From Candidatus Omnitrophota bacterium (GTDB taxonomy: Bacteria > Omnitrophota > Gorgyraeia > Gygaellales > Gygaellaceae), in assembly GCA_018400015.1 (NCBI GenBank), contig JAGYNB010000001.1, positions 134,815 through 198,814 on the forward strand: a DNA stretch of 64,000 nt, written 5' to 3'. Positions 27,503-35,605 of this stretch are shown here, piece by piece (the stretch's first letter is position 1; each line of letters opens with the position of its first letter). The notes below the pieces were generated by a model. That model saw nothing but the letters and a program-made list of their open reading frames with translations. It was not told the DNA's origin and did no database searches. The translations under genes were made by a program, and so were the position numbers.

Positions 27503-28400
27503 GGATATAATAATCGGTACCCGCGCAAGCCGGCTGGCTTTTAAACAGGCCTGTATTGCAAGAGATATATTAAAAAAAAGATTCGCTAAATACAGGTTTG
27601 TTGTAAAAAAAGTTTTTACGACTGCAGATAAAGATAAAAACAGGCCATTGAGAAAATTTTCTTCAACCGGAGTTTTTGTTAAGGAGTTGGAAAACCTTCT
27701 GATTAATAAGAAAATCGATATCGCCGTGCACAGTGCTAAAGATCTGGAAACGGTTATGCCGAAAGGTTTAACCTTGGCAGCGGTTTTAAAGCGAGAAATT
27801 CCATTTGATGTTTTGATTTCCAAAAAAAACATAAAACTTAATCAGCTTAAACCAGGTGCAGTAATCGGCACCGGTAGTTTAAGAAGAGCGGCTCAGCTGA
27901 AGAATACCAGATCTGATTTGACACTAAAAGAAATCAGAGGCAATGTTGAAACAAGGATAAAGAAATTAAATAGACAAAATTACGATGCAATTGTTCTTGC
28001 TTATGCGGGGCTTAAGAGATTAGGTATGTTAAGATATGCGACAGAAGTGTTAGATATTCTGCCTTGTGCTGGACAAGGTATAATTGCCCTGCAGGCAAGA
28101 AAAGACAATACGCCAATAATGAAGATTCTAAAAGCGATTAATTATAAGGTTAGTTTCAATGAATTAATGGCAGAAAAGGCTTTTTTGAACGCGCTTCATG
28201 CAGGTTGTAATGTTCCTGTAGGCGTTTTAGCGAAAACAAAAGGTAGATATATCGCGATTAAGGCTTCTGTTTTATCCAGAGATGGACAAATAGCTTTATG
28301 CGGTAGTTTAACAGCAATAAAGTCCTATCCAAAGAAAATCGGTTTAAGCCTTGCCCGCAGCATGGTAAAAAAGGGTGCAAAGGAACTTTTAAAAAAATGA
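27495..28400 (+). CDS. hemC: Porphobilinogen deaminase (hydroxymethylbilane synthase)
   Basis: Motifs IIIGTRASRLAFKQA and the C-terminal cofactor-binding region; about 300 aa. Confidence 0.9.
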   Translation: MSKDIIIGTRASRLAFKQACIARDILKKRFAKYRFVVKKVFTTADKDKNRPLRKFSSTGVFVKELENLLINKKIDIAVHSAKDLETVMPKGLTLAAVLKREIPFDVLISKKNIKLNQLKPGAVIGTGSLRRAAQLKNTRSDLTLKEIRGNVETRIKKLNRQNYDAIVLAYAGLKRLGMLRYATEVLDILPCAGQGIIALQARKDNTPIMKILKAINYKVSFNELMAEKAFLNALHAGCNVPVGVLAKTKGRYIAIKASVLSRDGQIALCGSLTAIKSYPKKIGLSLARSMVKKGAKELLKK

Positions 28401-29872
28401 AAAAGGGTAAAGTTTACCTAGTCGGTGCAGGCCCTTATGATAAAGGGTTGTTGACTTTAAGAGCCAGAGAGGTTATAAAAAAAGCCGATGTGGTTCTTTA
28501 TGATTATTTAGTTTCTAAAGATGTTCTTAAGTTTATAAAGCCAGGGGTTAATAAAGTTTGTTTTGCGAAAGACAATAAAAAGGATTTTCGCCTGCAAGGC
28601 AAAATAAACAATTTCTTGGTAAAAAATTCTCTTGCCGGTAAAAAAGTCGTTAGACTTAAAGGTGGAGACCCTTTTATTTTCTCACGCGGTATAGAGGAAT
28701 TGGAAAGTCTGGTTGAAAATGATATTCCGTTTGAAGTTGTCCCCGGTATAACCGCCGGCCTTGCCGCTTGTGTTTATTCGCTTATTCCTGTTACAAGGCG
28801 CAATTTGGTAAGCAGTGTTATTCTTGCAACCGGTTCAGAAGTTAAAAATGAAAAAAGTAATATAAATTGGGTGAGTCTTGCAAAAAGCGGCGCTACGCTC
28901 ATATTTTATATGGCTGTTGCCAGAATTCCAAAGATAAGTTTTAATTTGGTGAAAAGAGGTCTTTCTAAAGATACACCCTGCGCTTTAATTCAGGATGCCA
29001 CATCATACAAGCAGCGGATAGTTATAGGAAAATTATCTAATATTAGTTTGCTCGCAAGGCAGCGAAAGGTAAAGCCGCCAGCGATTTTTGTAATTTCAAG
29101 AACCATTTTACTACGGAATAGATTTGTTTCAGAGAATCTTGCTTTGGCTGGGAAAAAAGTTGTAGTTACTAGAGAGGATCCAGCCTATTTGGGAGAGCTT
29201 CTTAAAAAAGAAAAATCCCAAATAATTCATTTTCCAACGATAAAGACCGTTTCTCATAAATATAGTATAAAAGATTTGCATATCTACGACTGGGTATTAT
29301 TTTTAAGCGTTAATGCTGTAAGGAGATTTAGAAGATATTTAAGAAAAATTCCTAATAGTGCAAAGATTGCCTGTATAGGTGTAAGAACCGCGGAATATCT
29401 TAAACAGCTTGGTTATAAAGTTGATTTAGTGCCGGAGGAGTTTTCCAGTCAGGGGTTAATAAAAGCATTAAGGAAAAGGCAGTTGAATAAAAAGAACGTG
29501 CTTATTGTGCGTTCAAAAAAAGGTAATGATCTTTTGAAGAAAGCCCTTTGTAAAAAAGTCAATATGTTAAAAGAAATTTATGTTTATGATATTATTCCTG
29601 GTTCGCCAGATAAAAGAATGTTTTTTAGGCAAGTTTCTAAGGGTGCTGATATTTTTACCTTTTTAAGCGCTCAGAGTGCGGATAATTTTGTTAATATTTT
29701 AGGAAAGAATAAAGCTAAACTTCTAGTGAGGCAAGGATTAGTTGCTTCTATTGGGCCAGAGACCAGTAAAAGGTTGAAGCAGCTAGGGATAGGTGTAGAT
29801 TTTCAACCTAAGGTGTATACTATCAATAGTTTTGTAAACGGGTTAAAACAGGCGATAAGAAAACGATGGTAG
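28397..29872 (+). CDS. cobA: Bifunctional uroporphyrinogen-III C-methyltransferase / uroporphyrinogen-III synthase (CobA-HemD fusion)
   Basis: N-terminal SUMT motifs (VYLVGAGPYDKGLLTLRA…VVLYD, VVRLKGGDPFIF) joined to a C-terminal HemD-like domain of about 240 aa. Confidence 0.85.
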   Translation: MKKGKVYLVGAGPYDKGLLTLRAREVIKKADVVLYDYLVSKDVLKFIKPGVNKVCFAKDNKKDFRLQGKINNFLVKNSLAGKKVVRLKGGDPFIFSRGIEELESLVENDIPFEVVPGITAGLAACVYSLIPVTRRNLVSSVILATGSEVKNEKSNINWVSLAKSGATLIFYMAVARIPKISFNLVKRGLSKDTPCALIQDATSYKQRIVIGKLSNISLLARQRKVKPPAIFVISRTILLRNRFVSENLALAGKKVVVTREDPAYLGELLKKEKSQIIHFPTIKTVSHKYSIKDLHIYDWVLFLSVNAVRRFRRYLRKIPNSAKIACIGVRTAEYLKQLGYKVDLVPEEFSSQGLIKALRKRQLNKKNVLIVRSKKGNDLLKKALCKKVNMLKEIYVYDIIPGSPDKRMFFRQVSKGADIFTFLSAQSADNFVNILGKNKAKLLVRQGLVASIGPETSKRLKQLGIGVDFQPKVYTINSFVNGLKQAIRKRW

Positions 29873-30975
29873 ATATAAGAAGTTTTGTGTATAAAGATAA
29901 AAAAAGAGACCTTTCTCAGTTTATAGGGCCGGTTGTTGTATGGAATCTGACTTCGCGCTGTAATCTTGACTGTATACATTGCTATGCCGATAAAGGCTCT
30001 CTTTTTGTTAAAGATATGCCTAAAAAGGTATGTTTAGATACAATAAAGGAATTAAAATTATTAAAGACCCCGTTAGTTATATTTTCAGGCGGAGAGCCGC
30101 TTTTGTATAAAGGTATATTTGATTTGGCTAAGTATGCCATTGATAATTCGATCAAGGTAAGTCTTTCTACAAATGGAACTTTGATTGATAAAGCTATGGC
30201 CATTAAGATTAAAAGTTCTGGTATTAATTATGTGGGAATCAGTATTGACGGAATGAAGATTACACACGATTTTTTAAGGAACAAAAAAGGTGCTTTTGAC
30301 AAAAGCGTTACAGCAATAAAACACTGCAAAGCAAACGATATTAAGGTGGGAATTCGTTTTACCGTAGCTAGATATAATGTAAGAGAGCTAAAAGAAGTTT
30401 TAAAGCTGGCACAATCTTTAAAAGTAGACAGGTTCTGTCTTTATAATCTTGTCTATTCGGGCCGGGCGGAAACACTGGTAGAAAATGATTTATCGTCTTG
30501 GCAGAGAAAAAAAGTAGTTGATGAGCTTGTTGCATTTGTTAAAAGGACAAAAGGTTCAATGGAAGTCTTAACTACAGATAGCCCATGCGATGGGGTGTAT
30601 CTTAAGCGCTTGTTTAACGTAAAAGATATTTCTTTGTCGGGGTGTTCGGCTGGGGATAAGATTATAAATATTGATGAGGCGGGTTTTATTCATCCTTGTC
30701 AGTTCTGGCATGATTATAATATAGGTAACATAAAAACAGATAGAATAACAAAAGTTCTCAAGAAGGATGCGCTTGTTTTAAAGCTTCGTGATAAGGCCAA
30801 GTTTTTAAAAGATCAATGCAGGCAGTGTGATAGCAAAGATTTATGTTTTGGCTGCAGGGTAAGAGCCAAGGCGGTTTACAAAGATTTATGGAAAAACGAT
30901 CCTTCTTGCTATTTGATTGACAAAAAGGTAAAAAATGAAATCTCCAAAATGTCGTCCGCGCAGATTACGCATTAA
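29866..30975 (+). CDS. Radical SAM / SPASM-twitch domain protein of the AhbC/AhbD/NirJ type (haem synthesis from sirohaem)
   Basis: CxxxCxxC radical-SAM motif (CNLDCIHCY), a C-terminal auxiliary-cluster Cys set (…PCQFWHDY…CRQCDSKDLCFGCRVRA), and position inside the hem/ahb cluster. Confidence 0.7.
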   Translation: MVDIRSFVYKDKKRDLSQFIGPVVVWNLTSRCNLDCIHCYADKGSLFVKDMPKKVCLDTIKELKLLKTPLVIFSGGEPLLYKGIFDLAKYAIDNSIKVSLSTNGTLIDKAMAIKIKSSGINYVGISIDGMKITHDFLRNKKGAFDKSVTAIKHCKANDIKVGIRFTVARYNVRELKEVLKLAQSLKVDRFCLYNLVYSGRAETLVENDLSSWQRKKVVDELVAFVKRTKGSMEVLTTDSPCDGVYLKRLFNVKDISLSGCSAGDKIINIDEAGFIHPCQFWHDYNIGNIKTDRITKVLKKDALVLKLRDKAKFLKDQCRQCDSKDLCFGCRVRAKAVYKDLWKNDPSCYLIDKKVKNEISKMSSAQITH

Positions 30976-31918
30976 TAGATTAATAAGAGAAAAATTCAAG
31001 GAAACAAAACTTTCTATAAGCGATTTTATTATGCCTTATTTTGTTTGTGAAGGTAGATATATAAAACGATCAGTTAAGTCTATGCCTGGCGTGTTTCAAT
31101 TCTCAATAGATAATCTGGTTAAAGAAGTTTCAGCTTCTCTTAAGTTGGGCATTGATGCGGTGATACTTTTTGGCATACCTGATAAAAAAGATAAGATTGC
31201 TTCTAGAAGCTATGCTTCAGATGGAATAATCCAGAAAGCCGTACGCGCCTTAAAGACAGAGTTTAAAAATCTTCTTGTTATAACCGATGTTTGCCTATGT
31301 GGATATACCTCTCACGGTCATTGCGGTATGGTCGTTAAAAGGAATAATAAGTTTTATATCGATAATGATCTGAGCTTGGAAACATTAGCGAAGATGGCGC
31401 TTTCCCATGCTCAGGCCGGGGCTGATATCGTTGCTCCCAGCAGCATGATGGATGCGCAGGTAAAGGCAATAAGGAACGCATTAGACAAAAACGGTTTTAT
31501 GGATATTGCGATAATGGCGTATTCGGCCAAATTTGCTTCCGGGTTTTACGGTCCGTTTAGAGATGCAGCCTTATCCAGCCCTAAATCCGGAGATCGTAAA
31601 TCATACCAGATGGATTTTTCTAACAGTAAAGAGGCGCTTAAGGAAGTTATGTTAGATATTAAAGAAGGTGCTGATATAGTTATGGTAAAGCCCGCATTAG
31701 CTTATCAGGACATAATTTACAGAGTAAAAGAATCGATAAACCTGCCTTTAGCGGTTTATAATGTAAGCGGCGAATATTCCATGATTAAAGAAGCCTGCAG
31801 AAAGAAATTGTTCGAAGAGGATAGAATTGTTATGGAAATAATGACAGGTTTTAAGCGTTCAGGAGCAGATATAATAATCAGTTATTTCGCTAAAGACATT
31901 GCAAGGTGGTTAAGATGA
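30935..31918 (+). CDS. hemB: Porphobilinogen synthase (delta-aminolevulinic acid dehydratase)
   Basis: N-terminal RPRRLR, a metal-binding Cys cluster (DVCLCGYTSHGHCG), the active-site Lys context (MVKPALAYQD), and about 327 aa. Confidence 0.9.
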   Translation: MKSPKCRPRRLRINRLIREKFKETKLSISDFIMPYFVCEGRYIKRSVKSMPGVFQFSIDNLVKEVSASLKLGIDAVILFGIPDKKDKIASRSYASDGIIQKAVRALKTEFKNLLVITDVCLCGYTSHGHCGMVVKRNNKFYIDNDLSLETLAKMALSHAQAGADIVAPSSMMDAQVKAIRNALDKNGFMDIAIMAYSAKFASGFYGPFRDAALSSPKSGDRKSYQMDFSNSKEALKEVMLDIKEGADIVMVKPALAYQDIIYRVKESINLPLAVYNVSGEYSMIKEACRKKLFEEDRIVMEIMTGFKRSGADIIISYFAKDIARWLR

Positions 31919-32367
31919 AGAAACTGTCTTTTATCGACAAGACGATATTAGCTTCTATAGGCAAAGAGTTTCCTTTAGAGGAAAACTTATTAAAAAAGCT
32001 TGCGCATTCTTTAGGTTACAGCGAGCAGTTATTGAAAAGCCAGTTGGAGTTATTGTATAAAAACGGTATTATTCGCGATATCATGATTCCTTTTAACTGG
32101 AGGCAGTTTGGCTATAAGAGTTCTCTTTTTGCTTTAAGTGTGCCTAGTTCAAAGATAAAGATAGTGAAGGATGCACTTGTTGGTTTCTCAGGGGTTACAC
32201 ATTGTTATCTAAGGAAAGCAAAACTCAATATTTGGTTTACGTTTATATATAAAAATACAAATGAAAAATCAACTCTTGTTAATAAACTTAAAACGGTTAA
32301 TATTGCGAACATCGTTGAATTGCCTGCTGAAAAAGTAATAAAACTGGACATGTCAGGATTATTATGA
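31906..32367 (+). CDS. ahbA: Lrp/AsnC-like sirohaem decarboxylase subunit (AhbA/NirD-L family)
   Basis: 150-aa winged-HTH plus RAM-like layout. Paired with a paralogous 150-aa gene and embedded in the hem cluster. Confidence 0.6.
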   Translation: MVKMKKLSFIDKTILASIGKEFPLEENLLKKLAHSLGYSEQLLKSQLELLYKNGIIRDIMIPFNWRQFGYKSSLFALSVPSSKIKIVKDALVGFSGVTHCYLRKAKLNIWFTFIYKNTNEKSTLVNKLKTVNIANIVELPAEKVIKLDMSGLL

Positions 32368-32816
32368 GTCTAATTAATATTAATAAAGATATTAAAAATA
32401 AGATTAATTCTAAAGGCGGACTCTGGGATATTGTTTTTTTGGGTTCGCCAAAAGAGAAAAAGGATTTGTTTTTAAGGCTAAAATCTTTGAAGAAGAAAAA
32501 AATAATCAAAAATCCTAAGGCTTTTTTAAATTATCGTCTTTTGGGATATACCCATAACGCATTAATCGCCTGGCGCATGGAAAGAATTGACAGCGCTTTT
32601 ATCAAAGATAAGCTAAGTGAGATAAAAAACGTGACTCACTGCGTAATCAGAAAACCTCAAAGGGATTTTAATTTTAATCTATTTACTATGGTGCATGCAA
32701 AAAACAAGAATGAACTCATAAATACGATTACGATGTTAAAGAATATTTTTCGTGCCGATGATTATTTAGTGATGGAAACACAAGAAGAATTGATTAAAAG
32801 ACCATTTTATGGCTAA
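32364..32816 (+). CDS. ahbB: Lrp/AsnC-like sirohaem decarboxylase subunit (AhbB/NirG-H family)
   Basis: Paralogue of the preceding gene (…VTHCVIRK… mirrors …VTHCYLRK…), translationally coupled by an ATGA overlap. Confidence 0.6.
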   Translation: MSLININKDIKNKINSKGGLWDIVFLGSPKEKKDLFLRLKSLKKKKIIKNPKAFLNYRLLGYTHNALIAWRMERIDSAFIKDKLSEIKNVTHCVIRKPQRDFNFNLFTMVHAKNKNELINTITMLKNIFRADDYLVMETQEELIKRPFYG

Positions 32817-34083
32817 CAATAAAAGATTATTCGATATATCAAAGGATCTTTTCCCTGGCGGGGTAAATAGTCCCGTACGTTCGTTTTCTTGTGTAGGAAG
32901 ACACCCTATTTTTATTAAATATGGCAAGGGCTGCTATATTTATGACGAAGAAGGTCGTAAATATATTGATTTTTGTCTTTCCTGGGGGCCGCATATACTA
33001 GGTCATAACCATAAAGTAGTATTAAATGCAGTGATGCACCAGTTATATAAAGGAACCAGCTTTGGAACATGTACTAATAATGAATTGGTTTTTGCCAAGA
33101 TTATCAAGAAAGCTTTTTCTTCTATTGAAAAGATGCGCCTAGTTTCATCAGGAACAGAGGCAGTGATGACTGCGATTAGGCTTGCCCGCGGATATACAAA
33201 TAAAGATATAATTGTTAAATTCAACGGCTGTTATCATGGCCACAGCGATAGCCTTTTGGTAAAATCCGGTAGCGGCGTTGCTACCTTGGGAGTACGTTCT
33301 ACAAAAGGCGTTACCAAACAACTTGCCAAACAAACAATAAGTCTGCCGTTTAACGATATAAAATCTTTTAAAAAAACCTGCAGGAAATATTTTAATCGAA
33401 TTGCTTGTGTTATTGTTGAGCCTGTTGCGGGCAATATGGGCGTTGTATTGCCAGATAAACAGTTTTTAAAATCCTTAAGGGAAATAACTAAAAAACAAAA
33501 TATAGTTTTTATTTTTGACGAGGTGATAACCGGATTCAGGTTTTGTTTTGGAGGTATGCAGAATATTCTTGGTATTAAACCGGATTTGACTATATTAGGT
33601 AAAATTATCGGTGCAGGGCTTCCGATTGGACTTGTGGGAGGAAGCAGAGAAATTATGGATTTTCTTGCGCCTGAAGGAGATATCTATCAGGCAGGAACCT
33701 TATCAGGTAATCCTTTATCTACAGCTGCGGGTATCGCAGTCTTAAGTTATCTAAATAAGCATGAAAATCTGTATAAAAAACTAGATGAGGATACAGAATG
33801 GTTTGTGGATCAATTAAAGGGCGTATTAAGCGATAAGGGCATACCGTTTGTCATAAACCGTTTTGGTAGTATGTTTTCAATTTTCTTTTGCAAAAAGCAA
33901 GTCAAAAATTACAACCAGGCTTTAAAACAAGACACTAATGTGTTTAAGAGGTTCTATAATTTCATGTTGGAAAAAGGAGTGTACTTTTCTCCTTCTGGTT
34001 TTGAGGCGAATTTTTTATCCATAGCGCACCATAGGGCTGATTTAAAACAGGCTATAAATAGTTTAAAGCGTTTTCATAATTAA
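32809..34083 (+). CDS. hemL: Glutamate-1-semialdehyde 2,1-aminomutase
   Basis: N-terminus LFPGGVNSPVRSF, PLP-lysine region, and about 424 aa. Confidence 0.9.
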   Translation: MANNKRLFDISKDLFPGGVNSPVRSFSCVGRHPIFIKYGKGCYIYDEEGRKYIDFCLSWGPHILGHNHKVVLNAVMHQLYKGTSFGTCTNNELVFAKIIKKAFSSIEKMRLVSSGTEAVMTAIRLARGYTNKDIIVKFNGCYHGHSDSLLVKSGSGVATLGVRSTKGVTKQLAKQTISLPFNDIKSFKKTCRKYFNRIACVIVEPVAGNMGVVLPDKQFLKSLREITKKQNIVFIFDEVITGFRFCFGGMQNILGIKPDLTILGKIIGAGLPIGLVGGSREIMDFLAPEGDIYQAGTLSGNPLSTAAGIAVLSYLNKHENLYKKLDEDTEWFVDQLKGVLSDKGIPFVINRFGSMFSIFFCKKQVKNYNQALKQDTNVFKRFYNFMLEKGVYFSPSGFEANFLSIAHHRADLKQAINSLKRFHN

Positions 34084-34107
34084 TTTAATAGTATACTCTT
34101 AACATGT

Positions 34108-34136
34108 TGACAATTATTTAGCTGGCTGGTAAAATT
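34108..34136 (+). promoter_or_regulatory. Sigma70-like promoter TTGACA-17 nt-TAAAAT upstream of mgtE
   Basis: TTGACA at 34108-34113, a 17-nt spacer, and TAAAAT at 34131-34136. Confidence 0.4.
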
Positions 34137-34149
34137 AATTACCCGACAA

Positions 34150-34182
34150 CCTGAGGATAGCTTTATCCTGCAGGTTTTTTTT
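34150..34182 (+). terminator. Intrinsic terminator-like hairpin + T8 between hemL and mgtE (hem operon terminator and/or mgtE leader attenuator)
   Basis: CCTGAGGATA…TATCCTGCAGG imperfect 10-bp stem followed by TTTTTTTT, 24 nt before the mgtE ATG and downstream of a promoter-like element. Confidence 0.5.
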
Positions 34183-34205
34183 GTGGGTTGAACTTTTTTA
34201 AGAGA

Positions 34206-35603
34206 ATGCCAATAAAAAACCGTAATGTAGATATTTTGGCTTTGATTTTACCGGAGATAAGGGATTTGGTAAAAGAGAGGAATTTTCAGGACTTAAAGGA
34301 AGTTCTGCGTAAGGTCCATTCTGTAGATTTGGCTCTTAGCTGGAACAATCTTGATGATAAGGAAAAACCAATAATTTTTAGGCTTCTTGGCGCAAGAAAA
34401 TCCGTTGAATTATTCGAAGACCTACCAATTAAAGAGCAGACCCACATAATAAATAATCTCAACAATGAAGAGGTTACCAATGTCTTAAACGAGATGGCTC
34501 CAGACGAAAGAGCCGATCTTTTTAAAGATCTATCAGAGAAAGATATCACGAAGTTTATCAAGCTTCTGAAAAAAGAAGATCTAGAAGATGTAAGAAGATT
34601 GATGAATTATCAGGAGGGCACTGCAGGCAGTCTTATGACGACAGAGCTTGTGGAGTTAAAAAAAGACATGTCTGCAAGAGGTGCAATTTTATATATACAG
34701 GATAATCTGCGTACCGAATATAATGAAAATGTTTATTCTTGTTATGTCACAGACACAGAACATAAATTATTAGGTGTAGTCACCATACAAGACTTGTTGA
34801 AGTCTCCCGCGGATATGTTATTAAGAGATATTATGATCAGCCCGGAGTTTATAAAAATCGATGTAAATACGGATATTTCAGAGGTTGCCAATATATTTAA
34901 AAGATACGACCTTCACGACGCGCCAATAGTGGATAATAATAATATATTCTTGGGGATTGTTACTATTGATGATATCGTTGATGAGATTGAAAAGGAAAAT
35001 ACAAAAGAGATTTATGAAATTGGTAAGATGTCAGGTGGAGAAGGTGAAATCATCAGTTATTCTCAATCAAATGCATTTGATTTGGTAAAGCGCCGCGCAG
35101 GATGGTTGATATTTCTTCTTGTGTTCGATTTTTTAACCGGAACAGTCTTAAAAGCTTTTGAACATTCTCTTAGTTCTGTTGTAGCTTTGGCATTTTTTAT
35201 CCCTATGCTTTTAGATACCGGAGGTAATGCCGGAGCCCAGACTTCTATTACTATAATTAGGGGTTTAGCCACAGGAGATGTTTCATTTAAGAATATCTGG
35301 AAAGTCGTTAAGATGGAGCTTTGCAGTGCTATTTTTATCGGGCTGATAATTGGAACAGTTGCTTTTGCAAGAGCGTTTTTATTGCAGAAAGATTTTATGC
35401 TTTCAGTGGTTGTAGGTATTACCATGGTATTGGTTGCGCTTCTTGCTATAATAACCGGTGTTACTTTGCCTTTGGCGTCTAAAAGAATCGGTTTAGATCC
35501 AGCTGCTTTAGCAGGTCCGATTACAACCAGCATTGTCGATGTACTGGGGTTAATAATTTATTTTAAGATTGCTCAGATGTTTATCCCTGCACTTAAATTT
35601 TAG
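34206..35603 (+). CDS. mgtE: Magnesium transporter MgtE (N-domain, tandem CBS, 5-TM pore domain)
   Basis: MgtE N-domain, CBS pair (…VTDTEHKLLGVVTIQDLL…, …IVDNNNIFLGIVTIDDIV…), and a C-terminal TM domain with PMLLDTGGNAG and the GD/AGP motifs. The ATG at 34206 is preferred over the tracked TTG at 34188. Confidence 0.85.
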   Translation: MPIKNRNVDILALILPEIRDLVKERNFQDLKEVLRKVHSVDLALSWNNLDDKEKPIIFRLLGARKSVELFEDLPIKEQTHIINNLNNEEVTNVLNEMAPDERADLFKDLSEKDITKFIKLLKKEDLEDVRRLMNYQEGTAGSLMTTELVELKKDMSARGAILYIQDNLRTEYNENVYSCYVTDTEHKLLGVVTIQDLLKSPADMLLRDIMISPEFIKIDVNTDISEVANIFKRYDLHDAPIVDNNNIFLGIVTIDDIVDEIEKENTKEIYEIGKMSGGEGEIISYSQSNAFDLVKRRAGWLIFLLVFDFLTGTVLKAFEHSLSSVVALAFFIPMLLDTGGNAGAQTSITIIRGLATGDVSFKNIWKVVKMELCSAIFIGLIIGTVAFARAFLLQKDFMLSVVVGITMVLVALLAIITGVTLPLASKRIGLDPAALAGPITTSIVDVLGLIIYFKIAQMFIPALKF

Positions 35604-35605
35604 CC

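Noticed and set aside
34188-34205. TTG start for mgtE used by the ORF track
   Set aside because: It overlaps the terminator T-tract. The ATG at 34206 gives an N-terminus (MPIKNRNVD…) consistent with MgtE and avoids translating the terminator.
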